Source of the DNA: Escherichia phage SF
Sequence record: MH359124
DNA: 64,000 nt
Reading direction: 5' to 3' (one strand)
Position numbers and translations under genes: made by a program. Positions 28,667 to 37,925 of this stretch are shown piece by piece. The notes under the pieces were generated by a model. It saw nothing but the letters and a program-made list of their open reading frames with translations, had not been told where the DNA came from and searched no databases. Position 1 is the first letter of the stretch. Every line of letters begins with the position of its first letter.

Positions 28667-30352
28667 ATGAAAAAAGCTGTTATTCTTGGTGCTGGACTGG
28701 CAACTCGTTTGTATCCAATAACGCATCATATTCCTAAGGTGCTTGTTAACTATAAACAAGACACTATTCTGAGCAATTTGTATACAATCTATTCTGACCT
28801 TGGCGCAGATGAAATTATTGTAGTAGTTCATTCAAAATTTGCTGAAACCGTTCGAGCTTATTGTGAGCAAGAAGGGTTCAATGTGACTATTCGTACAGTT
28901 GATGAAGCGTATGGTTCTGCTTATGCTCTTGCTAAATTACACAAAGATTTAGACGGCCATAATGTAATTGTTAACTGGTGTGATATTATTCCCGATTTTG
29001 GTTCATGGTCTTGGAATGTTAACGCAATCTATGTTAAGGGTGACGAATGTCGATATAATTTCGACGGTGAAAATATCACTAACGTAGGTTCAACAGGTGG
29101 TAATGTTGTAGGAATTTATCAGTTCAAAGACTGGGAATTCTATATGGGTTCTACTGATGAGGAAATTCATGAATACTGCAAAGGACGCGATTTCGTAGAA
29201 TTCCTTTACGGCAGTGCATTCAATAAATCAGAGCTTATGAATCTAATTGATTTAGGTGATATGCCTAAACTTGAAAAAGCTCATGAAGTTCGTGAACTTA
29301 ATCGTAGTTTTAATGCAGTTGAAATTGGTGAAGAAACTGTAACTAAATTCGCATTAACCGAACAGGGTCGAGCTCTTCAGAAAGATGAGATTTCGTGGTA
29401 TCTTAAAGTGAAATCAGATTCAGTTCCTCAGTTAGTTTCTGTTAATGAAAATAACTTTGAAATGGAACGCATTAAAGGTAAGCCGGCATTTGAATATATT
29501 AAATCCAAATCAAGTCTTGCTCGACCACAAATTGTTGATGCAATCTTAGATGCACTGAAATTCAGCACAGACACTTATTTTGTAAGTCCTGAAACTGTTC
29601 GTCGTGATTTCACTAAAGAATTCTATACTAAAGTTATTGATCGTTGCGAAAGTATTCAACCATTGATTGATTCATTTGGTAAAATCACACATGTGAACTA
29701 CACTAAGATCGGACGTCTGAAGCCAATGTTGAAACAAGCTTTAGAACACCTTATTCGTTATCATAACCGTTCTCAGGGACAGTACTCTGTTATTCATGGC
29801 GACCCGAACTTCAGTAATACTATGATTACTGATAATGGTGAAGTCAAGTTTATCGACCCTCGTGGATATTTTGGCGAAACCAAGATTTACGGACCAAAAT
29901 TGTATGATGAAGCTAAAGTGCTTTACGCCGTTTCAGGTTATGATGAATTCAACGCTAATCCGACCTGGGGGCAGTTTACTATTGATGAAACAACTTGTAA
30001 TGTGACTATTAACATCAATCCATTAGTTTACAAATATGGAAAGATGAGTTCGTTTAACGAGTATCATCATTTGGCAGTGGCAATTATCTGGATTGCATTA
30101 GGTGGTTATTTCAAGAATAATCCACTTAAAGCGGTAGCCGCATATTATAAAGGTATGGAACTTCTGACTAAGCAATTACGTAACATGGGCCGTGTACTTC
30201 AGGACGGCTCTATTAGTTACGACGTAGCAGAACCTGTAACGGCTACTCTGATTACAAAAAATCCTGGTAAATGGGTACTAACTGATAAAGAAACTGGTGT
30301 TTCTTATCGTCCAATCGGTGGCGATATCACTCATCAATGGGAACGAATCTAA
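28667..30352 (+). CDS. Bifunctional sugar-1-phosphate nucleotidyltransferase (N-terminal) / APH-type sugar kinase (C-terminal)
   Basis: N-terminus ILGAGLATRL (NTP-transferase G-x-G-x-R loop); C-terminus IHGDPNFSN...FIDPRG (APH/ChoK catalytic loop and metal-binding D). Confidence 0.75.
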   Translation: MKKAVILGAGLATRLYPITHHIPKVLVNYKQDTILSNLYTIYSDLGADEIIVVVHSKFAETVRAYCEQEGFNVTIRTVDEAYGSAYALAKLHKDLDGHNVIVNWCDIIPDFGSWSWNVNAIYVKGDECRYNFDGENITNVGSTGGNVVGIYQFKDWEFYMGSTDEEIHEYCKGRDFVEFLYGSAFNKSELMNLIDLGDMPKLEKAHEVRELNRSFNAVEIGEETVTKFALTEQGRALQKDEISWYLKVKSDSVPQLVSVNENNFEMERIKGKPAFEYIKSKSSLARPQIVDAILDALKFSTDTYFVSPETVRRDFTKEFYTKVIDRCESIQPLIDSFGKITHVNYTKIGRLKPMLKQALEHLIRYHNRSQGQYSVIHGDPNFSNTMITDNGEVKFIDPRGYFGETKIYGPKLYDEAKVLYAVSGYDEFNANPTWGQFTIDETTCNVTININPLVYKYGKMSSFNEYHHLAVAIIWIALGGYFKNNPLKAVAAYYKGMELLTKQLRNMGRVLQDGSISYDVAEPVTATLITKNPGKWVLTDKETGVSYRPIGGDITHQWERI

Positions 30353-30738
30353 TGCACCGTGTAGAAAACATGCTTAATCTTTGTTTTGATGTCGATGATT
30401 GTATAACAGAGTGGAATAACAATCGTGATTACGTGAACTTCAAACCAGACGTCGAAATGGTGTCTGCCATTAATGCCCTGTATGATGCAGGGCATACCAT
30501 AACGCTTTACACTGCTCGCGGTATGAAGTCAGTCGGTCCTGGTCGTATAGCAATTGACATTCTCCCAAGTCTGATTCAGAACTTGTCAAACATTGGATTG
30601 AAGTACCATAATTTGCTAACACATAAACCAGTATATGATTGGATTATCGACGACAAAGCTATGCGTCCTGACGAATTCAAAGCTCTTATGAATAAAGGCG
30701 AATTCGAAACATTTAAATCATATAAACCGAATCTATAA
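30352..30738 (+). CDS. HAD-superfamily phosphatase (KdsC-like motif DVDDCIT)
   Basis: DxD nucleophile motif near N-terminus, DDK motif near C-terminus; TAATG coupling to upstream gene. Confidence 0.6.
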   Translation: MHRVENMLNLCFDVDDCITEWNNNRDYVNFKPDVEMVSAINALYDAGHTITLYTARGMKSVGPGRIAIDILPSLIQNLSNIGLKYHNLLTHKPVYDWIIDDKAMRPDEFKALMNKGEFETFKSYKPNL

Positions 30739-30798
30739 TAATTTAAGTAAGACCTGCAAAAACCATCGCGTCAATTAACGTGAGATGCAAAAAAAAAA

Positions 30799-31959
30799 AT
30801 GAATACTTTTAAAATCGGAACGAATTTTGATTTAGCTCTTCTTGATAAAATCGTAGAGCTCAATAAAACTTATCCTAATAGCTTGATAAACGAAGTATAC
30901 GGCTCTACAAGAGAAATGGCTTTTGTAGCAGCCAGACCTGATTTTAGGCTTCCTGACGTTGACAAAAAGATGTTAGAAGATTACGTTAAACGTTGTAACG
31001 AATTGGGTATTTGCTTTAACTATACACTCAACACGATAAATCCTGGTTCAAAAAGAGAACTAGTTGAGTGGAAGAAGAAAGCTATTCAGGATTATGTTCA
31101 GTATCTTTGGTCAATAGGTGTATGGCGTATTACTATCGCTAACCCTGTTGTTATGGAAATTGTTCGTGAAGTCAATAAAGACATTGAGATTGAAGTTTCA
31201 ACAATTCTACATGTCGATGCTGTAACTCAAATCAAATACTTGCATGACCAATATAATATCAAAAAGGTCTGCTGTGGAATTCATAAGAACCGTTCAGTTT
31301 CTTTCCTGAAGCGTGCAGCAGAGTTTTGTAATAAGAACAATATAATATTTGAAGTTCTCGTAAATGAATTCTGCTCTAATGCTGGTAAAGGGTATACAAC
31401 ACATTGTAGCTATCGTGACTCTTGCTATATTTTCCATAGCACCGATGTTACAGTAGATGATGCCAAATCCTTAAATGGATATCCAATGCAACACTGTATT
31501 AAAGCTCGTGATACAGATCCATTTAACTGGTTGAGAACTCGTTTTGTTCGTCCTCAAGATTTGAAACTTTATAATGATATTGGTATCACTCAATTTAAAG
31601 TTTCGGGACGTACAGGTAGCACAGACTACATTTTGAAAGTTCTTGAAGCTTATGCTTCTGAAAAGTTTGAAGGTAATTTGTTAGAACTGTGGAAGCCTTT
31701 AGAGACCATTTTCACTCTTGAAAATGAGACCGAGTTTTCACATACGGTAAATATTGAAACCTCTTTGTTAGATGGCTTTTTAGAAAAAAGGTGGTTCAAA
31801 CATCCGGATTTCGATTGTGCTAATGAAATCTGCGGGACGACGTGTACATATTGTGAAAGATATTATAAACGTCAGTTATCTAAAAATGGGTTATCAGAAA
31901 ACTCTATATCTATTATTGATATAACTAACTCTGATGACGCTTTGAGGTACCCAGAATGA
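30799..31959 (+). CDS. Cys-rich protein, possible peptidase-U32-family / Fe-S enzyme
   Basis: YTLNTI, EIEVSTILH, EVLVNEFCS...HCSYRDSC resemble U32 blocks; C-terminal CGTTCTYC (CX3CX2C). Confidence 0.4.
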   Translation: MNTFKIGTNFDLALLDKIVELNKTYPNSLINEVYGSTREMAFVAARPDFRLPDVDKKMLEDYVKRCNELGICFNYTLNTINPGSKRELVEWKKKAIQDYVQYLWSIGVWRITIANPVVMEIVREVNKDIEIEVSTILHVDAVTQIKYLHDQYNIKKVCCGIHKNRSVSFLKRAAEFCNKNNIIFEVLVNEFCSNAGKGYTTHCSYRDSCYIFHSTDVTVDDAKSLNGYPMQHCIKARDTDPFNWLRTRFVRPQDLKLYNDIGITQFKVSGRTGSTDYILKVLEAYASEKFEGNLLELWKPLETIFTLENETEFSHTVNIETSLLDGFLEKRWFKHPDFDCANEICGTTCTYCERYYKRQLSKNGLSENSISIIDITNSDDALRYPE

Positions 31960-32040
31960 TTTCTAGAAAAAACTTTTAACCACCAACTTAACGAAGAGAT
32001 TTTGACTATGAAAATTAACAGCAACGAACAAATTCTTAAA

Positions 32041-32061
32041 AAGGCCCTTATGGGCCTTTTT
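32041..32061 (+). terminator. Hairpin GGCCC-TTAT-GGGCC followed by T5
   Basis: Seen in sequence. Confidence 0.55.
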
Positions 32062-32237
32062 GAAACTAAAGCGGCTAAAGTGATTAAAGAGCCTGTTCAA
32101 TTGTAATACTACGCTGATGCATTTCTTCATAGCGTTCTTGGAAGTATCGATGCTGAAGCTTTACGTTATATCAACATCGCTAAGAAATTCAAATAAGCTT
32201 TATGAATTGAGTATATAATAACTGTATTGAGGTAAAC

Positions 32238-32954
32238 ATGGGAAAACATAACACAATGAAATATATTAAAGCCGCAGATTTTCAATCCGCATTTAAAGCT
32301 GTCAATCGTGAAATTTTAGAAAATCCACAGTTCGTTACTGATTCTCGTATTGGACGTTGTAATGAAATTGGGTCTATGACAGTAGTTGTTGATACCCCTT
32401 CATCATTCAAAATGACCGACCCACGTATTAATCGCATCTCTTATGAATATGCTGAAGATTTCTGGAAATTTATGATTTCTGGTGGTACTGATGCAGAAGA
32501 AGCATTTAAGGCATATCCTAATGTCGCTAAATTTATTTCTAAACCAAAATCAGATGCTTTGCCTACGAACTTCAACACTTTCTATGGTCCTCGCATTGCG
32601 GCCCAGTTACCAGCTCTTCTCAAAGAACTTAAAGAGAAACCTAATTCACGAAGAGTTGTGTTCCAAATTCTAGAAAGTTCAGATCAGGCTTTGCTTGATT
32701 CAGACGAAACACTTGAATATCCATGTACTGACTCAGTGACTTATTATATTCGTGATGGTAAGCTTTATACCCACTGTCATATGCGTTCTCAGAACTGTGC
32801 TGTTGTTATGCAGTTGGATTTTTATCTCCAAGGAAAATTACTTCATTATATCGCTAACGAATGTGGTGTAGAAGTTGGTGATTATACTCATACCATGGTA
32901 AGTGCCCATGTGTTTGAACGTGATTTTGATTATGTTAAAGGATTCCTTGACTAA
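32238..32954 (+). CDS. 42: dCMP hydroxymethylase (thymidylate-synthase fold), divergent from T4 gp42
   Basis: NSRR, PCTDS (nucleophile Cys), YIRD, HMRSQN...QLDFY align with T4 dCH catalytic blocks; syntenic between 43 and uvsX. Confidence 0.7.
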   Translation: MGKHNTMKYIKAADFQSAFKAVNREILENPQFVTDSRIGRCNEIGSMTVVVDTPSSFKMTDPRINRISYEYAEDFWKFMISGGTDAEEAFKAYPNVAKFISKPKSDALPTNFNTFYGPRIAAQLPALLKELKEKPNSRRVVFQILESSDQALLDSDETLEYPCTDSVTYYIRDGKLYTHCHMRSQNCAVVMQLDFYLQGKLLHYIANECGVEVGDYTHTMVSAHVFERDFDYVKGFLD

Positions 32955-33853
32955 TGGCTATTTTCCGCGTACCTATCTTGAGTATGCGGTCTTATGAAAC
33001 TGGACAGTATGCTATCCTTAAGGATGGCAACTTCCAACTTCATTTGCACCGTGCTAATCCAGGTGATGTGATTACATATCCACGTAATGCATCTGATATT
33101 AAAGAATGTGAACGTCTTTTCCCGGAATTTAAGTTTGTTCCATTATGGTATAAAGATAACGCATATAACACTCGTAAATATTTCTGGTCTGAAAATGAAT
33201 TTGTGGTTGATTCATTAATTGATTATTATGATTGTGATTTTCTAATCACAGATATCACTGGATATGACGGCACTTTTGACGTAGAATTCAATTTCAATAT
33301 CACTGCGGACCCTAATAAACCACGTTTTTATATTGACGAATTCTTAAAAACCGACATGTTGTCTGTTAATCGTTCACTTCAAACTACTGTGTTGAATGAA
33401 CGTCAAAAAGAAGTGCTGGTTAACGCAGGTGCAGATGGTAATAAGATTATCGTAACCCGGAAAGTTATACGTCCTTCCATCATGCAGCGTCTTGTAGGTG
33501 ATTTGGCTCCTATTCATCTAGATGGTATTTTTCATCCATTTCGAATTAGTGACCCGTGTTATCGTTTTGAACAAGTGGTTGAATGTGCAATTCAATTAGG
33601 TCAACCGCTTTATATAACCGATCCAAATAATAGCTTCGACAGAAATAAGTATCCTGAAGAAGCGCTGATTCGAATTTTTAATCCAACTAAAACTGAGTAC
33701 TATCAAATTCTTAAAGGACGGCCGAAGATTCAATATTTCGAAAATCCTGAAGAAGTATTCCATCCAGGTCTTGGCGAGTTCATCTACTTTAACGCTTTAA
33801 TTTCTTCACCGTATAATATACCTAAATATGAAGATGTCGTAATCGAGGAATAA
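32954..33853 (+). CDS. Hypothetical protein (299 aa) at the position of T4 beta-gt
   Basis: ORF; no motif recognised. Confidence 0.5.
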   Translation: MAIFRVPILSMRSYETGQYAILKDGNFQLHLHRANPGDVITYPRNASDIKECERLFPEFKFVPLWYKDNAYNTRKYFWSENEFVVDSLIDYYDCDFLITDITGYDGTFDVEFNFNITADPNKPRFYIDEFLKTDMLSVNRSLQTTVLNERQKEVLVNAGADGNKIIVTRKVIRPSIMQRLVGDLAPIHLDGIFHPFRISDPCYRFEQVVECAIQLGQPLYITDPNNSFDRNKYPEEALIRIFNPTKTEYYQILKGRPKIQYFENPEEVFHPGLGEFIYFNALISSPYNIPKYEDVVIEE

Positions 33854-33854
33854 A

Positions 33855-34403
33855 ATGGCTAAAATTATTTTAGTAGATGGCCCGGATAATGCTGGTAAAA
33901 CAACTTTCATTAATGACATAATGGAAATTAGTGAAAGATATGTAAAGATTGATTTCCCTAAACGAACAGTTGATGGACGTTTCGACGTTAAGTCTCGAAA
34001 TGAAGTTGGCTGTTTCGAAACGATGTTGAATTATTTAGACCCTACTAAGATTTATCTGTTAGACCGTGGATATATTAGTAACTGGGTTTATGGACGTATT
34101 CGACAAGATGCGGACTCGGTTCTTGACGTTTATGAACAGGATTATGTTCGTCTTTGCCAAAACCACGATGTGTTCACAATTATTTTAACACGTAACGAAA
34201 TGACTGAAAGTTTTGAAGACGACCTTATTACTTTGTCTTCATTCGGTTTTAATACAGTAATTTCATATTTTGAAGAGTTTGCAATCCATAACGAAATCCA
34301 AACGTATCAATTACTTAATCATGATGGTGCTAACAAAGTTATAGGATTTAATGCAAGCGAACGTAATAATTTGATTACAGAAATCATCAAATGGGCTCGT
34401 TAA
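33855..34403 (+). CDS. P-loop nucleotide kinase, thymidylate/dNMP-kinase-like
   Basis: Walker A GPDNAGKTT and DRGY motif resembling the TMPK DRY motif. Confidence 0.55.
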   Translation: MAKIILVDGPDNAGKTTFINDIMEISERYVKIDFPKRTVDGRFDVKSRNEVGCFETMLNYLDPTKIYLLDRGYISNWVYGRIRQDADSVLDVYEQDYVRLCQNHDVFTIILTRNEMTESFEDDLITLSSFGFNTVISYFEEFAIHNEIQTYQLLNHDGANKVIGFNASERNNLITEIIKWAR

Positions 34404-34423
34404 GAGCCTGTTTAAAGTTTTTA

Positions 34424-34450
34424 AATGCTGTATAACCATTAGTATATAAT
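34424..34450 (+). promoter_or_regulatory. Candidate middle promoter for uvsX (TGCTGTA MotA-like box, 12 nt, TATAAT)
   Basis: Motifs read directly. Confidence 0.4.
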
Positions 34451-34503
34451 CATCTTATCTTTTAAACATGAGTAAAATATAATGATGCCTATGGAAAAAT
34501 ACA

Positions 34504-35676
34504 ATGTCTGATTTAAAATCTCGTCTGATTAAAGCTTCTACTTCTAAAATGACCGCAGACTTGACTAAGTCTAAGTTGTTTAATAATCGCGATGAAGTCC
34601 CTACTCGTATTCCGATGTTGAATATTGCATTAGGTGGTGCACTGAATGCTGGGTTGCAATCAGGCTTAACTATTTTTGCTGCTCCTTCTAAACACTTTAA
34701 AACGTTGTTTGGACTGACCATGGTTGCAGCATATATGAAGAAATATAAAGATGCAATTTGTTTGTTCTATGATTCTGAATTTGGTGCTTCAGAATCTTAT
34801 TTTCGTTCAATGGGTGTTGATTTAGACCGTGTAGTTCATACTCCGATTCAATCTGTCGAACAACTTAAAGTTGATATGACTAATCAGCTTGATGCTATCG
34901 AACGCGGTGATAAAGTTATTATCTTTATCGATTCAATCGGTAATACTGCATCTAAGAAAGAAACTGAAGATGCATTGAACGAGAAAGTCGTAGGTGATAT
35001 GTCTCGTGCTAAGGCACTTAAATCTCTTTTCCGTATTGTGACTCCTTATCTGACTATTAAAGATATTCCGTGTGTTGCAATCAACCATACAGCAATGGAA
35101 ATTGGCGGATTGTATCCTAAAGAGATTATGGGTGGTGGTACAGGTATTCTTTATTCTGCCAACACGGTATTTTTTATCTCTAAACGTCAGGTTAAAGAAG
35201 GTACAGAATTGACCGGTTATGACTTCACGTTGAAAGCAGAAAAATCTCGTACGGTTAAAGAAAAATCTACTTTCCCAATCACGGTTAATTTCGATGGTGG
35301 TATTGACCCATTCAGTGGCTTGTTAGAAATGGCAACTGAAATTGGTTTTGTAGTTAAGCCTAAAGCTGGTTGGTATGCTCGTGAATTCCTTGACGAGGAA
35401 ACAGGCGAAATGATTCGTGAAGAGAAATCATGGCGTGCTAAAGCTACTGATTGTGTAGAATTCTGGGGACCGTTGTTTAAACACAAACCTTTCCGAGATG
35501 CAATTGAAACTAAATATAAGCTAGGTGCTATCTCTTCTATTAAAGAAGTTGATGACGCTGTTAACGACCTTATTAATTGCAAAGCAACAACTAAAGTTCC
35601 GGTTAAAACTTCTGATGCTCCGTCTGCAGCAGATATAGAAAACGACCTTGACGAAATGGAAGATTTCGATGAATAA
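34504..35676 (+). CDS. uvsX: Recombinase UvsX (RecA-like)
   Basis: 390 aa, matches T4 UvsX. Confidence 0.95.
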   Translation: MSDLKSRLIKASTSKMTADLTKSKLFNNRDEVPTRIPMLNIALGGALNAGLQSGLTIFAAPSKHFKTLFGLTMVAAYMKKYKDAICLFYDSEFGASESYFRSMGVDLDRVVHTPIQSVEQLKVDMTNQLDAIERGDKVIIFIDSIGNTASKKETEDALNEKVVGDMSRAKALKSLFRIVTPYLTIKDIPCVAINHTAMEIGGLYPKEIMGGGTGILYSANTVFFISKRQVKEGTELTGYDFTLKAEKSRTVKEKSTFPITVNFDGGIDPFSGLLEMATEIGFVVKPKAGWYAREFLDEETGEMIREEKSWRAKATDCVEFWGPLFKHKPFRDAIETKYKLGAISSIKEVDDAVNDLINCKATTKVPVKTSDAPSAADIENDLDEMEDFDE

Positions 35677-36010
35677 TCTCGATGATTTAAATCTAGAAAT
35701 CGTTGATGAATCCCCTTCTTCGGAAGGGGAAGACATTCGCAAAGAACGAGTGTTTAATGAATCTCTTAAAATTATCCGTTCAGCAATGGAAAATGTCATT
35801 CAAGAGATTCTGATTACGCTTGAAGATGGTTCTCATCATATAGTCTATATTACAAAACTAGACTGGGTTGATGGTAAAATCGTAATGGACTTTGCAGTTC
35901 TTGACCAGGACAGAAAAGCAGAACTTGCACCACATGTTGAAAAATGTGTTACAATGCAAGTACAACAAGCTTTTAATGAACGGACCAAGAAAAAATTTAA
36001 ATTCTTTTAA
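35669..36010 (+). CDS. 40: Head vertex assembly chaperone gp40
   Basis: Synteny between uvsX and 41; start overlaps uvsX stop. Confidence 0.65.
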   Translation: MNNLDDLNLEIVDESPSSEGEDIRKERVFNESLKIIRSAMENVIQEILITLEDGSHHIVYITKLDWVDGKIVMDFAVLDQDRKAELAPHVEKCVTMQVQQAFNERTKKKFKFF

Positions 36011-36019
36011 GGAGTTATC

Positions 36020-37462
36020 GTGGTAGAAATTATTTTGTCTCATCTAGTATATGACCAGGCTTATTTTTCTAAGGTCTGGCCTTATATGGATTCTGAGTAT
36101 TTTGAGCGTGGACCGGCAAAAAACGTCTTTAAAATTATAAAGAGCCACGTTAACGAATATAATGCAATGCCATCTATCAATGCGTTAAAGGTGGCTTTAG
36201 ATAACAGTTCTTTAACTGAAGCCGAATACAAAGGAACTTCAGACCTAATTGAAAAATTGGCTGATACTCCTGAAGACCACGAATGGTTGGTTAAAGAAAC
36301 TGAGAAATATGTCCAGCAAAAAGCGATGTATAATGCTACATCAAAAATCATTGAGATTCAGTCTAATGCTGAACTACCTCCAGAACAACGTAACAAGAAA
36401 ATGCCTGACGTAGGAGCTATTCCTGATATTATGCGTCAAGCACTTTCAATTTCGTTTGATAGTTATGTTGGGCATGACTGGATGGAAGACTACGAAGCAC
36501 GCTGGCTTTCTTATCTGAACAAAGCACGTAAGGTCCCGTTCAAATTAAACATTCTGAATAAAATCACTAAAGGTGGTGCTGAAACTGGTACACTGAATGT
36601 TTTAATGGCTGGTGTTAATGTTGGTAAATCTTTAGGCCTTTGTTCACTTGCTGCAGATTATCTTCAAACAGGTCATAATGTTCTTTATATTTCCATGGAA
36701 ATGGCTGAAGAAGTTTGTGCTAAGCGTATAGATGCAAACATGCTTGACGTATCACTTGATGATATTGATGATGGTAACGTATCTTATGCCGAATATAAAG
36801 CCAAGATGGAAAAATGGCGTTCAAAAACAACATTAGGACGTTTAGTAGTTAAACAGTATCCTACTGGTGGAGCTAATGCTAATACATTCCGTGCATTGCT
36901 TAATGAGTTAAAACTTAAGAAGAACTTTGTGCCATCTGTAATCATGGTTGATTACTTAGGTATTTGCGGGTCTTGTCGTATCAGAGTTTACACTGAAAAT
37001 AGTTACACATTAGTTAAAGCTATCGCAGAAGAACTTCGTGCATTAGCAGTAGAATCTGAAACAGTTCTATGGACTGCAGCTCAAGTAGGACGTGCAGCAT
37101 GGGATGCTTCGGATATGAACATGAGCGATATTGCAGAATCGGCAGGTTTACCAGCAACGGCAGATTTCATGTTGGCCGTAATTGAAACCGAAGAACTTGC
37201 ACAAGCTGAACAACAACTTATCAAACAAATCAAATCACGATATGGTGATAAGAATAAGTGGAATAAATTCCTGATGGGTGTACGTAAAGGCAACCAGAAA
37301 TGGATTGAGATTGAGCAAGAAGGCATGAACACACCTAACACAGTAAATGAAAACGCAGGTGCTCAGATGCGTCAGGCAGAGGTGAATCGTACGGAACGCG
37401 TAGGTAAAGCCAAAGCAACACGTGCTGACCTAGATAGCTTAGCCAACGAGTTAAAATTTTAA
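36020..37462 (+). CDS. 41: Replicative DNA helicase gp41 (DnaB-like), GTG start
   Basis: MVEIILSHLVYDQAYFSKVWPYMDSEYF; Walker A GVNVGKS; AAGGAG SD before GTG. Confidence 0.93.
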   Translation: MVEIILSHLVYDQAYFSKVWPYMDSEYFERGPAKNVFKIIKSHVNEYNAMPSINALKVALDNSSLTEAEYKGTSDLIEKLADTPEDHEWLVKETEKYVQQKAMYNATSKIIEIQSNAELPPEQRNKKMPDVGAIPDIMRQALSISFDSYVGHDWMEDYEARWLSYLNKARKVPFKLNILNKITKGGAETGTLNVLMAGVNVGKSLGLCSLAADYLQTGHNVLYISMEMAEEVCAKRIDANMLDVSLDDIDDGNVSYAEYKAKMEKWRSKTTLGRLVVKQYPTGGANANTFRALLNELKLKKNFVPSVIMVDYLGICGSCRIRVYTENSYTLVKAIAEELRALAVESETVLWTAAQVGRAAWDASDMNMSDIAESAGLPATADFMLAVIETEELAQAEQQLIKQIKSRYGDKNKWNKFLMGVRKGNQKWIEIEQEGMNTPNTVNENAGAQMRQAEVNRTERVGKAKATRADLDSLANELKF

Positions 37463-37467
37463 TAAAA

Positions 37468-37495
37468 AGGAGACTTCGGTCTCCTTTCGGGGTTT
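37468..37495 (+). terminator. UUCG-tetraloop terminator (GGAGAC-TTCG-GTCTCC)
   Basis: Seen in sequence. Confidence 0.6.
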
Positions 37496-37550
37496 ACATC
37501 TTCCTCTAGGCATGATATGATGTACTTACACAAACCAAGAGGAAAACATT

Positions 37551-37925
37551 ATGAATATGTCTCAAGCAATTTTTACTGCAATCACCGAAAACACAACTGT
37601 TGAAGTAGTTTCTCCGCTGGCAACCTACGTTATTCTTGCTCCTAAAACTATTGTATCTCGTATGGAAAACATGGGCAAACGTATCGTACAAATTGTTGGA
37701 GCTGGAAATCAAAAACTTGATTATCTGCGAACCATCAAAGCTTATGAACATTTCCAACTCGAAAAAGGTTCTCCTATCCAGGTAGAACTCGTAAATGGTG
37801 ATATCGTTCGAGCAATGTTCCATCATTTCTATGCATTGAATGACCCATCTAAAGCTGTTCGTTTAATTGCATACGACGCAAACCAAACCGAAATCAACGC
37901 AGATATATCTAAATTACATTTTTAA
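37551..37925 (+). CDS. Hypothetical protein
   Basis: ORF with GAGGAAA SD. Confidence 0.5.
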   Translation: MNMSQAIFTAITENTTVEVVSPLATYVILAPKTIVSRMENMGKRIVQIVGAGNQKLDYLRTIKAYEHFQLEKGSPIQVELVNGDIVRAMFHHFYALNDPSKAVRLIAYDANQTEINADISKLHF

